Assembly (NCBI GenBank): GCA_017431225.1
Contig: JAFRLM010000010.1
Location: 6,342 to 70,341, forward strand
Reading direction: 5' to 3'
Source of the DNA: Erysipelotrichaceae bacterium
GTDB taxonomy: Bacteria > Bacillota_I > Bacilli_A > Erysipelotrichales > Erysipelotrichaceae
Length of the DNA: 64,000 nt
The notes beneath the pieces are model-generated. The model ran no database searches, was not told the DNA's origin, and saw only the letters and a list, made by a program, of their open reading frames with translations. The position numbers were made by a program, and so were the translations under genes. Positions 53,131 to 63,752 of this stretch are shown piece after piece; positions within the stretch are counted from its first letter, which is position 1; the number at the start of each line of letters is the position of its first letter.

Positions 53131-53869
53131 TCCTTAGCCTTTCCAGGATCTCTTTTCCTTTACGGAGACCCTGTTCATAAAGATCTTCCTTGTCTCTCTC
53201 CGGAGTACAGAGGATTACTTTCCCCTCTTCGGAGAGTTTTTCCGCAAGCTTGTAGCTGCGGACATAGTTGTTCGCCCGGGCACGCAGACGGAAAGACAGC
53301 ACCGGATAGGCATGTGCCAGCTGGCTGGCGACTTCTCTTTCCCGCTTTGCCTCAAGGATACTCGGTCTATCGGCGATCACGATGGTGATATCGTGTCTCG
53401 ATGCGACCGGAGATACCGGTAAGGGCTCCTTGAAACCCGCGGAAAAGCATTTGTCCTGACCGATCAGGACCGGTTTATTACCGATCCCCGCCAGCGCGGC
53501 CTGCATCGTGAGCTTCGGATCGTTTTTGATCATCGTATCCGGGATGACCTTGAAGGCATCCGCGGTCAGATCGTAGATCCCGAATCCATAGGTGACGTTC
53601 GTCTCTTTTGCCTGCGGCAGTTCCGGCACCTCGACCTCCGTAAAGCGGTTCAGCATCAGCTCGAGAAAGCCGGGCTCACGAACTTCCGTTTCAACGTTAA
53701 GACGGCGTTCCCCTTCTTCCGCGAAGAGGTATTCATAAAGATTCAGACAACCGCGGTCAATGCCGAGCGCGGTCGTGATGTGCGGACGGAGTTCACGGAT
53801 CCCGTCTTCGACTCCCGCTCCGTAAGCGGCGCAGGAAGCAGCAGAAGCATCAAGCAGTGCGATCTTCAT
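53123..53869 (-). CDS. Patatin-fold homolog lacking all catalytic motifs (predicted pseudoenzyme)
   Basis: Aligns by eye along its length with the intact patatin at 24071-24934, but GGGMRG becomes SAASCA, GISTG becomes GIDRG and DGG becomes SAG. Confidence 0.75.
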   Translation of the reverse strand: MKIALLDASAASCAAYGAGVEDGIRELRPHITTALGIDRGCLNLYEYLFAEEGERRLNVETEVREPGFLELMLNRFTEVEVPELPQAKETNVTYGFGIYDLTADAFKVIPDTMIKNDPKLTMQAALAGIGNKPVLIGQDKCFSAGFKEPLPVSPVASRHDITIVIADRPSILEAKREREVASQLAHAYPVLSFRLRARANNYVRSYKLAEKLSEEGKVILCTPERDKEDLYEQGLRKGKEILERLRNA

Positions 53870-54845
53870 TTCTCTCCTCCAGTCTCTGCTGAAACTCGTT
53901 CAGCAGTCTGTCCAGTTCCTCATAGTCCTTCATCGTGGTCACCTTGCCGCGGTAGTAAGACGCTTCCGGCAGACCACGCAGATAGTTGCCGACGATCCCG
54001 CGCAGCTCCCGCAGCGCTCTTTCCTCGCCGGCTAAAGCGATCAGTCTCTGCGCATGATCACGGCATGCGGCAAAACGTTCTTCCGGGGTGATCGTAAGAT
54101 CTGTTTCTCCCTTCATCCTCTTAACGATCTGCTGGATCAGGAAGGGATTCCCCAGAAGGCCGCGGCCGATCATGACAGCGGCAACGCCGCTCTTGTCTTT
54201 CTTTTCAAAAAAGTCTTCCGCCGTACGGACATCGCCGTTTCCGATGACCGGGATCGTTAAAGCCTCGTGGATCTCGCGGATCGCTTCCCAGTCGGAGAGA
54301 CCCTGATACATTTGGGTACGGGTGCGTCCGTGAACAGCGATCATATCCGCTCCGGCTTCCTCAAGCCCTTTGGCGAAAGAAAGGTAATTCTTTTCGCTGT
54401 CGCTGTAGCCGATGCGCATCTTGACGCTGACCGGCTTTCCGACAGCCTGTTTGATCCCGGAAACGATCGCGAAGGCTTTTTCCGGGTCTTTCAGTAAAGC
54501 GGATCCGGCACCGGTCTTGACGACTTTCGGAGCCGGACAGCCCATATTCAGATCGATGATATCCGCGGTGGTATGCTGATCGATATATTCCGCGGCAGCG
54601 ACCAGATGGTCGACCTTGGAACCGAAAAGCTGCAAGGCGGTCGGATGATTGCTTTCGGGGATCCTGCACATTTCAAGGGTCCTCTGATTACGGAAAAAGA
54701 TCCCTTCCGCAGAGATCATTTCGGTATAGACGAGACCGCAGCCGTAATCCAGGCATAAGCTCTGATAGGCAGCATTGCTGATACCGGCGAGCGGCGCGGC
54801 TACGATCGGATTTTTTTCAAACAGTTCACGCAGATTCAGCATCAC
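53850..54845 (-). CDS. dusB: tRNA-dihydrouridine synthase B
   Basis: APLAGISNAAYQSLC...DLNMGCPAPKV...HGRTR motifs. Confidence 0.92.
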   Translation of the reverse strand: MMLNLRELFEKNPIVAAPLAGISNAAYQSLCLDYGCGLVYTEMISAEGIFFRNQRTLEMCRIPESNHPTALQLFGSKVDHLVAAAEYIDQHTTADIIDLNMGCPAPKVVKTGAGSALLKDPEKAFAIVSGIKQAVGKPVSVKMRIGYSDSEKNYLSFAKGLEEAGADMIAVHGRTRTQMYQGLSDWEAIREIHEALTIPVIGNGDVRTAEDFFEKKDKSGVAAVMIGRGLLGNPFLIQQIVKRMKGETDLTITPEERFAACRDHAQRLIALAGEERALRELRGIVGNYLRGLPEASYYRGKVTTMKDYEELDRLLNEFQQRLEERNEDRTA

Positions 54846-55701
54846 TCAGCCAGTCATTCAGCTCCTGGGCACTGTAGGTATAGGTCTTTCCGCAGAAATC
54901 ACATTTGATCTTGATGTCCTGATTGGCTTTTGCGAGATCGAGCAGATCCTGACGAGAAAGGGTCAGCAGTTTTTCCTGGAAACGCTCACGGCTGCAGTCG
55001 CAGCGGTAAGTCAGTTCTCTTTCATCGAGGATCTCGACTTCACCGAGATTCTTTTCGAGGATCTCTTCCAGGGTAAAGTCTTTGATCTGAGCGGAGATCG
55101 GCTGCATGTTCGCTGCCAGATTCTCCAGATAAACGATATCCTCCTCCGCGTATCCCGGCAGCAGTTCCAGGAAGAAGACACCGGCGGAGCGGATGCTCTG
55201 GTCGGTATCGACTAAAACACCCAGGGATACGATCGAGGGACGCTGTTCGGATTTCGCGAAATAGAACGCGAAATCATCCCCGATCTCACCGGTCTGCAGG
55301 TTGACCGTTGAAGAGAAATTTCCCTTCATATTCATGGATTTGGTGACGCTGAGGGTGCCGCTGCCGATCGCCCGGCCGACAGCGAGCTTACCGCTGTCCT
55401 CATAGACGTCATAGACATTCGGATTATTGACAAAGCCCTTGACCGAACCATCGGGTCTCGCGATGCACATGATCGTGCTGATCGCGCCGTCGGAATGGAT
55501 CGCGATATTCAGCTGCTCATTCTCATCCTTCAGCATCGTGCCCATTACGGCAGACATGGAAAGCACGCGGCCAAGCGCGGCTGCTGAAGTCGGATATAAA
55601 GAAAACTTTTCTCTTACCTCTTCAACAAGAGCGGTCGTATCGGCAAGATAAAAACGGATAAATGGTCCCTTCAGACCGATAAGTAAACGATTCTTTTTCA
55701 T
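54826..55701 (-). CDS. hslO: Hsp33 redox-regulated chaperone
   Basis: C-terminal zinc centre CDCSRERF...CDFCGKTY. 291 aa. Confidence 0.92.
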   Translation of the reverse strand: MKKNRLLIGLKGPFIRFYLADTTALVEEVREKFSLYPTSAAALGRVLSMSAVMGTMLKDENEQLNIAIHSDGAISTIMCIARPDGSVKGFVNNPNVYDVYEDSGKLAVGRAIGSGTLSVTKSMNMKGNFSSTVNLQTGEIGDDFAFYFAKSEQRPSIVSLGVLVDTDQSIRSAGVFFLELLPGYAEEDIVYLENLAANMQPISAQIKDFTLEEILEKNLGEVEILDERELTYRCDCSRERFQEKLLTLSRQDLLDLAKANQDIKIKCDFCGKTYTYSAQELNDWLSDAESA

Positions 55702-55760
55702 ACTTTTAGAATTCTACCACAAACACCGGTAAGCGGAAAGTGACGCTCTTTTCTCTGCTC

Positions 55761-55793
55761 AAAGAAAAACTCCGGATCTCTTAAGACCCGGAG
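55761..55793 (-). terminator. Terminator after ftsH
   Basis: Minus-strand CTCCGG-loop-CCGGAG followed by TTTTTCTTT. Confidence 0.65.
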
Positions 55794-55802
55794 TCGTCTT
55801 TC

Positions 55803-57863
55803 TTATTTGTCCTGATCGTTCAGGTCAATGACTTTTTCTTCGTCTTCCTCGGCCTTTTTCGCCGGAGCTTTGCGGGCGCGGTGTCCGGTACCACGGCCGG
55901 TCACTTTCGGTTCCGCAGGTGCTGCCGGTTCAGCCGGTGTTTCCTTCGCGGTCTCTTCCGCGGCTGTTTCCACCGGTTCCGCAGAGGCTGCTTTTTCCGG
56001 AGCGTTGGCGGAGACCAGGTTGCCGTCACGGATCACGAGTTCACCGGAGAGGACCTGATCGATCTCTTCCGCTGTCAGTGTCTCGTTGGCGATCAGCGCT
56101 TCGGCGATCATGACCAGCTCATCACGGTGTTCCTTGATGATGCGGGTCGCCTCATCGTGACAGAAGTCAACGATCTTACGGACTTCGACATCGATGTCAT
56201 AGGCGATCTGGCTGGAAACGTTGCTCGGGGAATTGTAGTCACGACCCAGGAAGACAGAGGATGAACCGTTGTCATACTGGACCGGACCGAGCTCACTCAT
56301 ACCGTAAGTGGTGACCATATCCTTGGCGATACGGGTCGCCTGCTTGATATCGTCACTGGCGCCTGTCGTAATATCGTCGAAGAAGATCTCTTCCGCGCAG
56401 CGGCCGCCCATATAACCGGTGATCGTCTGCAGAAGTTCCTTCTTGGAATTCAGGATACGTTCCTTACGCGGTGTCAGCAGGTTATAGCCGCCGGCCTGAC
56501 CACGCGGGATGATCGTGACTTTCTGAACGATCACGCCGTCAGGCTGATTGAGGCCGACGATCGCGTGACCTGCTTCATGGTAAGCGACAAGCTTCTTTGT
56601 CTTGTCGTCATATTCACGGGAATGTTTTGCCGGACCCATCATGACACGGTCGATCGCCTCATCGATCTGGCTGGTCGTGATGACCTCCTTGTTTTCACGG
56701 ACGGTAAGGATCGCCGCTTCGTTCAGCACGTTCTCAAGATCCGCGCCGGAGAAGCCCGGAGTACGTTTGGCAAGTGCCTGAAGGTCGACATCGTCCGCGA
56801 CCTTCTTATTGCGCGCGTGAACACGCAGGATCGCTTCTCTGCCCTTCATATCCGGGAGAGAAACGGTGATCTGACGGTCGAAACGTCCCGGACGCAGTAA
56901 AGCCGGGTCCAGAACATCCGGACGGTTGGTCGCAGCGATCACGATGATACCGCTGTTATCCGACATACCGTCGAGTTCAACGAGCAGCTGGTTCAGAGTC
57001 TGCTCACGTTCATCGTTGCCGCCGCCGAGACCTGCGCCACGCTGACGTCCGACAGCATCGATCTCATCGATGAAGATCATGCAGGGAGCGGTCTGCTTGG
57101 CCTGTTTGAACATATCACGAACACGGGAAGCACCGACACCGACGAACATTTCAACGAAGTCAGAACCGGAGATCGAGTAGAACGGAACGTTCGCCTCTCC
57201 GGCAACGGCTTTCGCAAGCAAAGTCTTACCTGTTCCCGGCGGGCCTACGAGCAGTACGCCTTTCGGGATGCGCGCGCCCATCTTGGCGAATTTGCGCGGC
57301 ATGCGCAGATATTCGATGAGCTCGGACATTTCCTCTTTTTCCTCATCGCAGCCGGCAACGTCGGTAAAGCGGACCTTGATCTCGGTCTCGAGACGCGCTT
57401 TGGATTTGGAGAAGTCGAACGCCTTCTGGTTGCCGCCTCCGGCAGCGCCCATACGGTTCACCATATAGAAACCGAAGACCAGGAAGATCGCCAGCGGCAG
57501 GATCGAAGCCAGGACTTCGAGGAAGATATTGGATGCGTTGGCATCCTTGACCTCCACGTTCTTGAGCTTCTGCAGCGACTCCATGAGATCTTCCGAAGCG
57601 TTTTCGGTATTCGGGATCACGGTAGAGAAATTATGAGACGCGCCTTTTTCATCGTTATAGATACCGCTGACGGTGATCGTGTTGTAATCGACAGTCACCT
57701 GCGCGCTCTGGATCTGATCGCTGTTGAGAACAGTCTGGAACTCGCTGTATCCGAGCTTCACCGTCTGGGAAGCAAGCGGACTGCGGAACATCATCGACAC
57801 GATAAAGACCGCTACGATGATATACGGCAGCGTATATGCGAAACGATTCTTGTTTTTCTCCAT
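55803..57863 (-). CDS. ftsH: ATP-dependent zinc metalloprotease FtsH
   Basis: [25 protein letters not shown] region, HEAGHAI zinc motif. Ala/Pro/Glu-rich C-terminal tail. Confidence 0.97.
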   Translation of the reverse strand: MEKNKNRFAYTLPYIIVAVFIVSMMFRSPLASQTVKLGYSEFQTVLNSDQIQSAQVTVDYNTITVSGIYNDEKGASHNFSTVIPNTENASEDLMESLQKLKNVEVKDANASNIFLEVLASILPLAIFLVFGFYMVNRMGAAGGGNQKAFDFSKSKARLETEIKVRFTDVAGCDEEKEEMSELIEYLRMPRKFAKMGARIPKGVLLVGPPGTGKTLLAKAVAGEANVPFYSISGSDFVEMFVGVGASRVRDMFKQAKQTAPCMIFIDEIDAVGRQRGAGLGGGNDEREQTLNQLLVELDGMSDNSGIIVIAATNRPDVLDPALLRPGRFDRQITVSLPDMKGREAILRVHARNKKVADDVDLQALAKRTPGFSGADLENVLNEAAILTVRENKEVITTSQIDEAIDRVMMGPAKHSREYDDKTKKLVAYHEAGHAIVGLNQPDGVIVQKVTIIPRGQAGGYNLLTPRKERILNSKKELLQTITGYMGGRCAEEIFFDDITTGASDDIKQATRIAKDMVTTYGMSELGPVQYDNGSSSVFLGRDYNSPSNVSSQIAYDIDVEVRKIVDFCHDEATRIIKEHRDELVMIAEALIANETLTAEEIDQVLSGELVIRDGNLVSANAPEKAASAEPVETAAEETAKETPAEPAAPAEPKVTGRGTGHRARKAPAKKAEEDEEKVIDLNDQDK

Positions 57864-57879
57864 CTATATACTTATCTCC

Positions 57880-59619
57880 TTAATAAAGCTCTTCCTTCAA
57901 AACTCCTACGTAAGGAAGATTACGGTACTTCTGATTGTAATCAAGTCCGTAACCGACTACGAAGTAGTTCGGAACATCGAAACCAACATAATCTCCCTTG
58001 ATATCGACGACACGGCGGCTCTCCTTGTTCAGAAGGGTCACGATCTTGACCGAAGCAGCGCCCTTTGATTCAAGGAATTCACGGACTTTCTTCAGTGTGC
58101 GTCCGGTGTCGATGATATCCTCTACGAGGATGATATCCACGCCGCGGACCGAAGAATCCAGGTCCTTATCGATACGGACATCGCCCACGGATTCGGTTCC
58201 CTCGTAGGAACTGACATCCATGAAGTCGATCTCACAATCCAGTGTAATATGCTTGATCAGTTCTGCCATGAACGGCACCGACCCCTTTAATAGACCGACC
58301 AGGAGAGGGTTTTTGCCTTCATAGTCTTTATCGATCTGCTTTCCTAACTCACCACAACGTTTCTCGATTTGTTCTTCCGTAAGCAAGATACGGTCTATAT
58401 CTTTATGCATAGGTTTCTCCTTCGTATTTTCATATTTTACCACAAAGGTATTGGGTTTAATAGCATAATGATCGATGTCACAGCCGAGCCCGGAGACGAA
58501 GATCACCTTCCCTTCGCGGTTCTCGATCACGATCGTTTCTTCTCTTTCTCCGGTCGTCAGCTTGCGGTCGATGAAGAAACGGCTGACCTTTTTTTCACCA
58601 AAACGCATCGCGATATGATCGCCTTCCTGAAAGGAACGGAGCTTAACAGGCAGATCTTCTTGCAGGATATTCACGCCTTCGATCGTTTTCCCCTGTTCAC
58701 TCAGGGAAAAAGACGGGAAAGTGCGATGCTCGATCCGCTCAAGCATATAGCAGAAGCTCCCTTTCGGTAAATGAACGCTGATCCTGCCGTATTCGCGGCA
58801 GAGAAGCTTATCCCGGACTTTCAGCCGGAAGTTCTCGCGTTCTTCCAGCTGTTTTAAAAGTTCCGCGATATACGCGCGGCTGAGATCCGGATATAAAAGA
58901 TGGCGCAGACACTCCTCGCGGTACGGGAGAGACAGGAATTCCTCCGCTTCATAGGAATCCGCTTGGGAAAGATAAGCGTCAGCCTTTTCCCGCAGAGCAG
59001 TCAGCTGCGCATTTTTCTCGCGGATCTCTTCGAGCAGATGGTCGCGTTCCTCACGGGAGAGCTTTTCAACGACCCCATGGCGTATCTGATTGCGGCGATA
59101 TTTATCCTCGCTGTTGGTCGAATCAAGCGCGTATCGCAACTGATGCGCTTCACAGTACGCAAGGATCTCTTTGCGCGTCATCTTCAGCAGCGGACGCTTT
59201 ACCGGAATTCCTTTGTAAAAGGAGCATGCGCTCAGTCCGTAACAGACCGGCGTCAGATCCTTTTCCTTCTGCATCAGATAGGTTTCCAGAAGGTCATCTT
59301 CCTGGTGGGCGACCAGGATATCTTTCGCATGGACTTTGCGGGCCGTGCGCAGAAAGAAATCATAACGCTCTTTTCTGGCCCAGAGCTCCTCGTTTCCGGA
59401 AGAATAATACGTGTCGTAGCGGTAATACGGTATATCCGCATCACGGCAGAGCTCCTCCACGAGCGAGCTGTCATATTCGCTGTCTGCGCGCAGATGATAA
59501 TTCACGTGACAGCAGACAAAAGAAATGCCTTCCTCCTTCAGCATCGAAAAAAGGGCGATCGAATCCGGACCGCCGCTGCAGGCAAGGATATGAAGGCCTT
59601 CTTTCAGTTCATTAAACAT
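57880..59619 (-). CDS. tilS: Bifunctional tRNA(Ile)-lysidine synthase / hypoxanthine phosphoribosyltransferase fusion
   Basis: N-terminal PP-loop ACSGGPDS. From residue 404 ([10 protein letters not shown]...) a complete HPRT with [15 protein letters not shown] motif. Single uninterrupted 579-codon frame. Confidence 0.9.
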   Translation of the reverse strand: MFNELKEGLHILACSGGPDSIALFSMLKEEGISFVCCHVNYHLRADSEYDSSLVEELCRDADIPYYRYDTYYSSGNEELWARKERYDFFLRTARKVHAKDILVAHQEDDLLETYLMQKEKDLTPVCYGLSACSFYKGIPVKRPLLKMTRKEILAYCEAHQLRYALDSTNSEDKYRRNQIRHGVVEKLSREERDHLLEEIREKNAQLTALREKADAYLSQADSYEAEEFLSLPYREECLRHLLYPDLSRAYIAELLKQLEERENFRLKVRDKLLCREYGRISVHLPKGSFCYMLERIEHRTFPSFSLSEQGKTIEGVNILQEDLPVKLRSFQEGDHIAMRFGEKKVSRFFIDRKLTTGEREETIVIENREGKVIFVSGLGCDIDHYAIKPNTFVVKYENTKEKPMHKDIDRILLTEEQIEKRCGELGKQIDKDYEGKNPLLVGLLKGSVPFMAELIKHITLDCEIDFMDVSSYEGTESVGDVRIDKDLDSSVRGVDIILVEDIIDTGRTLKKVREFLESKGAASVKIVTLLNKESRRVVDIKGDYVGFDVPNYFVVGYGLDYNQKYRNLPYVGVLKEELY

Positions 59620-60712
59620 GGAAACGGAAATGCATGATATCTCCGTCTTTGGGCAGGTATTCCTTGCCTTCCAGACGAAGCTTGCCGGCTTCTTTCAGCT
59701 TGGCTTCGCTCTTATACTCCATGAAGTCGTCATAGGAATAGACTTCCGCGCGGATAAAGCCTTTTTCAAAGTCGGTATGGATCACGCCGGCGCATTCCGG
59801 CGCTTTCATGCCGTCACGGAACGTCCAGCCGCGGCATTCATCTTTACCGACGGTGAAAAAGGTGCGTAAGCCAAGAGTGTCATAGGCTTTTTTGATCAGA
59901 TTATCAAGACCGGAATGAGCGAGTCCCATCTCTTCCAGGAAGACTTCCTTCTCTTCCCGGCTGAGGCTGCTGAGATCTTCCTCGATCTTGGCTGCGATCG
60001 GCAGGATACCGCTGTTCTCGGATTCCGCGAAAGCTTTCAGCTTCTGGTAGAAAGGATTGCTGTCGGGATCATTCATATCGTCCTCGGTGATGTTGGCAAT
60101 ATAGATGACCGGTTTGGAGGTCAGGAACTGGAAGCCTTTTACGATCTTCGTTTCTTCCGGATCGAAATCCAGAGAAGTGATCATATGCCCCTGTTCCAGA
60201 CATTCCTTGATACGGGTAAGCAGACTGTATTCCTTATCCGCGCCCTTTTCTTTTGCCTTGACGCGTTTTTCGACCTTCGGCATACGGTTCTCGCAGCTCT
60301 GCAGATCCGCCATGATCAGCTCCATATTGATGATCGCGGCGTCCTCTTCGGGGTCGATGCGGTTATAGACATGGGAGATGTCATTATTCTCAAAACAGCG
60401 GACAACGTGGCAGATCATATCCACTTCACGGATGTTGGCCAGAAACTGGTTGCCCAGACCTTCGCCTTTGCTGGCGCCTTTGACAAGACCGGCGATATCC
60501 GTGAATTCAAAAGTCGTATAGATCGTGCGTTCCGGCTCAAAGATCTCGGAAAGCTTGGTAAGACGCTCGTCACGCACTTCGACGATGCCGACGTTCGGTT
60601 CGATCGTCGCAAATGGATAGTTCGCCGCTTCGACACGGCTGTTTGTTATCGCGTTAAATAAAGTCGACTTGCCGACGTTCGGCAGACCGACGATTCCAGC
60701 TGTTAAACTCAT
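59612..60712 (-). CDS. ychF: Ribosome-binding ATPase YchF
   Basis: [19 protein letters not shown] domain, C-terminal YchF domain. 366 aa. Confidence 0.95.
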   Translation of the reverse strand: MSLTAGIVGLPNVGKSTLFNAITNSRVEAANYPFATIEPNVGIVEVRDERLTKLSEIFEPERTIYTTFEFTDIAGLVKGASKGEGLGNQFLANIREVDMICHVVRCFENNDISHVYNRIDPEEDAAIINMELIMADLQSCENRMPKVEKRVKAKEKGADKEYSLLTRIKECLEQGHMITSLDFDPEETKIVKGFQFLTSKPVIYIANITEDDMNDPDSNPFYQKLKAFAESENSGILPIAAKIEEDLSSLSREEKEVFLEEMGLAHSGLDNLIKKAYDTLGLRTFFTVGKDECRGWTFRDGMKAPECAGVIHTDFEKGFIRAEVYSYDDFMEYKSEAKLKEAGKLRLEGKEYLPKDGDIMHFRFHV

Positions 60713-60749
60713 TATTCTTTACCTCAATCAACAGTTTACCATAAAGAAC

Positions 60750-60776
60750 GAAAAAAGTTCCCCCGACTAGGAACTC
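60750..60776 (-). terminator. Terminator after prmC
   Basis: Minus-strand AGTTCC-loop-GGAACT followed by TTTTTT. Confidence 0.65.
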
Positions 60777-60859
60777 TTTCGAAATAGGTATCTTCAATGA
60801 AAAAATTATTACACTATTATTAAAACAGAACTATGTGATAGATAAGTGAAATCAGAAAA

Positions 60860-61711
60860 CTATTCAAATTTCAGGCAGAACATGCGGTCTTTGCCGTTGA
60901 TATCCTTCTCAACGCGCATGTCCGCGCCGGGGAAATACTTCTCCGCTTTGGCCAGGATCATGTCCTTCTGGTTGTAGCCGATCTCAAAGAAGATCATACC
61001 GCGCTCTTTCATAACATCCCTGGCGCCGCTGAGCAGGATCTCATAGAAATCCACGCCCTTCTCGCCGCCGAATAAGGCTACATGCGGTTCATAGTCGCGC
61101 ACAGATTCTTCAAGCTCCTCTTTGTTGGGAATATAGGGAGGATTGGAGATCAGGACATCCAGACGGATGCCTTTTTCTTTTATAGGCTCCAGCATATCGC
61201 CGCAGAAAAAGGTCACATCTGCTTCTAGCGCGCGGCTGTTTTCCTCCGCCAGCGCAAGCGCGTCTGCGGAAATATCTGTCGCATACATCTGAAAACGGGG
61301 ATCTTCCTTCTTCACGCTCAGGGCGATCGCGCCGGAACCGCAGCCGATATCCGCTGCCGTCAGTTCCTTCTGTCCTTTGAAGAATTCATCGCATTCCTTC
61401 AGGATCAGAGCGACCAGTTCCTCAGTCTCATAGCGCGGTATCAAAACCCGCGGGTCGACCTTGAAACGGTAGCCGTAGAACCAGCTGTAGCCCAGAACAT
61501 AATTCATCGGCTCGTGTTTGAGGATACGCTGCATCCCCTCTTCAAAACGCTTTACCAGTTCCTCATTGGCCGGCTGATCTTTGTCACGGTAAAGATCGAT
61601 CCCCATCTCGCTGGTCAACTCAAAAAGGAAGGATCTTAATGTCGCTTCCGGGATATCCCGGTCACGCAGCTCCTGACGATAGGAATGCATCAGATCGTTA
61701 TACGTTTTCAT
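60860..61711 (-). CDS. prmC: Release factor glutamine N5-methyltransferase
   Basis: Start at [13 protein letters not shown] (14-nt overlap with prfA). DIGCGSGAIA, SNPPYIP motif. Confidence 0.92.
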   Translation of the reverse strand: MKTYNDLMHSYRQELRDRDIPEATLRSFLFELTSEMGIDLYRDKDQPANEELVKRFEEGMQRILKHEPMNYVLGYSWFYGYRFKVDPRVLIPRYETEELVALILKECDEFFKGQKELTAADIGCGSGAIALSVKKEDPRFQMYATDISADALALAEENSRALEADVTFFCGDMLEPIKEKGIRLDVLISNPPYIPNKEELEESVRDYEPHVALFGGEKGVDFYEILLSGARDVMKERGMIFFEIGYNQKDMILAKAEKYFPGADMRVEKDINGKDRMFCLKFE

Positions 61712-62774
61712 TGAGCAGTTTTTCTTTTTCTTCGTTCTTGCGCAGAGCTTCCACGATATCATCGAGCTTGCCGTCGATGATACGGTCGAGCTGGGAAATG
61801 CTGAGACCGATACGGTGATCGGTAACACGGTTCTGCGGATAGTTGTAGGTACGGATCTTTTCGGAACGCTCGCCGGTACCGATCTTGGAACGGCGGGCAG
61901 CGCCTTCCTTCTCTTCCTTGCGGCGTTTCATCTCTTCGAATACACGGGCACGGATGATACGCAGCGCGGTCTCGCGGTTGGCGATCTGGCTGCGGCCATC
62001 CTGACAGTTGACGGTGATGCCGGTCGGAACGTGAACGATACGGACAGCCGAGTCGGTCTTGTTGATGTGCTGACCGCCGGCGCCGGATGCGCGGTGAGTC
62101 TCGATCACAAGATCACTGTCCGGGATCTCCATATCGTCTTCCTCGATCTCCGGAAGAACATAAACGGTCGCGACCGAAGTCTGGATACGTCCCTGGGATT
62201 CGGTCTTGGGGACACGCTGGACACGGTGACCGCCGCTCTCGTATTTAAAATGCGCATAGGCGCCTAAACCCTTGACCATAAAGGAGATCAGGGCATAGCC
62301 GCCGGCTTCGGACGGGCTTTCTTCCATGACTTCTGTCTTGTAACCGAGTGATTCGGCATAGTAGCAGTACATACGGTAAAGATCGCCGGCGAAGATGTTT
62401 GCTTCGTCGCCGCCGATCGCGCCGCGGATCTCGACCATGCAGTTATTGTCGTCTTCGGGATCCTTGGGCAGCAGCAGCTCCTCGATCTTGACCATCAGGG
62501 TCTCAAGTTCCTGGGTATTCTCGCTGAGTTCGAGTTCCGCCATCTCACGGATCTCCTCATCTTCATCCTTCAACATCAGCTGCGCTTCCTCGATGCCCTT
62601 GGTCAGCTCCTTATAGCGCTGGTAAGCATCAAAACAGCCTTTTAAAGAGGCCTGTTCCTTCGACAGTTTTGTATACAGTCTGGGATTCGTCATGTTTTCT
62701 TCTTTCAGAAGTTCATCGGCGATCTCCAGATAACGTTTTTCCTGCTCCTGCAGTTTGACTATTTTTGCATCCAT
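61698..62774 (-). CDS. prfA: Peptide chain release factor 1
   Basis: PxT-containing domain. [20 protein letters not shown] motif. 358 aa. Confidence 0.97.
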   Translation of the reverse strand: MDAKIVKLQEQEKRYLEIADELLKEENMTNPRLYTKLSKEQASLKGCFDAYQRYKELTKGIEEAQLMLKDEDEEIREMAELELSENTQELETLMVKIEELLLPKDPEDDNNCMVEIRGAIGGDEANIFAGDLYRMYCYYAESLGYKTEVMEESPSEAGGYALISFMVKGLGAYAHFKYESGGHRVQRVPKTESQGRIQTSVATVYVLPEIEEDDMEIPDSDLVIETHRASGAGGQHINKTDSAVRIVHVPTGITVNCQDGRSQIANRETALRIIRARVFEEMKRRKEEKEGAARRSKIGTGERSEKIRTYNYPQNRVTDHRIGLSISQLDRIIDGKLDDIVEALRKNEEKEKLLNENV

Positions 62775-63373
62775 GTTTGTTCTCCTAAACGTTGCGGGCG
62801 GTTGGGGACTTCATGACAGTGGCGGCAGCGTGCCTCATAGTTTTCCGAAGCACCTACCAGGATCGTCGGATCATCATAGGAAGCAGGTCTTCCGTTCACG
62901 AGACGCTGCGTTCTGGTCGCCGGAGCTCCGCATTTTGTGCAGACAGCTGTCAGCTTGGTGACGAACTCCGCCTGCGTGATCAGCGTTGCCATCGGGCCGA
63001 ATGGTTCTCCGCGGAAATCGGTATCCAGTCCGGCTAAAACGACGCGCTTGCCCCGGCCTGCCAGCAGGTTACAGACTTCGATGATATCCTCATCAAAGAA
63101 CTGCGCCTCATCGATCGCGACGACTTCGGTATCCTCTTTTACATGTTCGAGGATCTCTTTTGCCGAGGAGACGACGATGCTGTTGACAGAAGATCCGGCG
63201 TGCGATACCACTTCCGTTGCGGAATAGCGGTCATCGATCACCGGCTTGAATACCAGGATGTTCTTGTGGGCGAACTCAAAGACCTTTATCCGGCGGATCA
63301 GCTCTTCGGTCTTGCCGGCGAACATGCATCCGGAAATGACCTCCACTGTTCCTTCACGATATCTTCTATACAT
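62759..63373 (-). CDS. tdk: Thymidine kinase
   Basis: [13 protein letters not shown]-loop, IDEAQFF, C-terminal Cys4 (CTKCG...CRHCH). Confidence 0.95.
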   Translation of the reverse strand: MYRRYREGTVEVISGCMFAGKTEELIRRIKVFEFAHKNILVFKPVIDDRYSATEVVSHAGSSVNSIVVSSAKEILEHVKEDTEVVAIDEAQFFDEDIIEVCNLLAGRGKRVVLAGLDTDFRGEPFGPMATLITQAEFVTKLTAVCTKCGAPATRTQRLVNGRPASYDDPTILVGASENYEARCRHCHEVPNRPQRLGEQTWMQK

Positions 63374-63387
63374 AATTGGTTTTGCTT

Positions 63388-63419
63388 ATAAAAAAATAAG
63401 GGCAAGCCTTATTTTTTAT
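63388..63419 (-). terminator. Terminator after rpmE
   Basis: AAAAAATAAGG-GCAAG-CCTTATTTTTT palindrome. The rpmE TAA lies within the stem. Confidence 0.75.
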
Positions 63420-63621
63420 CCAGTCCGTATTTCTTATTGAACTTCTCAATACGTCCAGCAGCAGCTGCGAATCTCTGTCTGCCTGTGTAGAACGGATGGC
63501 AGTTTGAGCAGGTATCAACACGGATCTCACCGTTGACGGTGGAACCGGTCTCAAATGTTGCTCCGCAGCTTGTGCAGGTTACGGTAACTTTCTTGTAATT
63601 CGGATGAATGTTCTGGCGCAT
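63409..63621 (-). CDS. rpmE: 50S ribosomal protein L31, zinc-binding type A
   Basis: Start at [20 protein letters not shown]...[25 protein letters not shown]. Confidence 0.95.
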   Translation of the reverse strand: MRQNIHPNYKKVTVTCTSCGATFETGSTVNGEIRVDTCSNCHPFYTGRQRFAAAAGRIEKFNKKYGLDKK

Positions 63622-63681
63622 ATTTCTCTCTCCCTTCTGCCTTGGAAATCTTGTCAATCCAAAGTAAGTTTAATGCCTAGT

Positions 63682-63711
63682 TAGTTTAACATATTGAAAA
63701 CGTTTGTGCAA
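63682..63711 (-). promoter_or_regulatory. Candidate rpmE promoter
   Basis: Minus-strand TTGCAC, 18 nt, (TGT)TAAACT. Confidence 0.4.
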
Positions 63712-63752
63712 TGCAATTTTACGCTTATTCAGCGGAAAATCGGAACGTTTTG

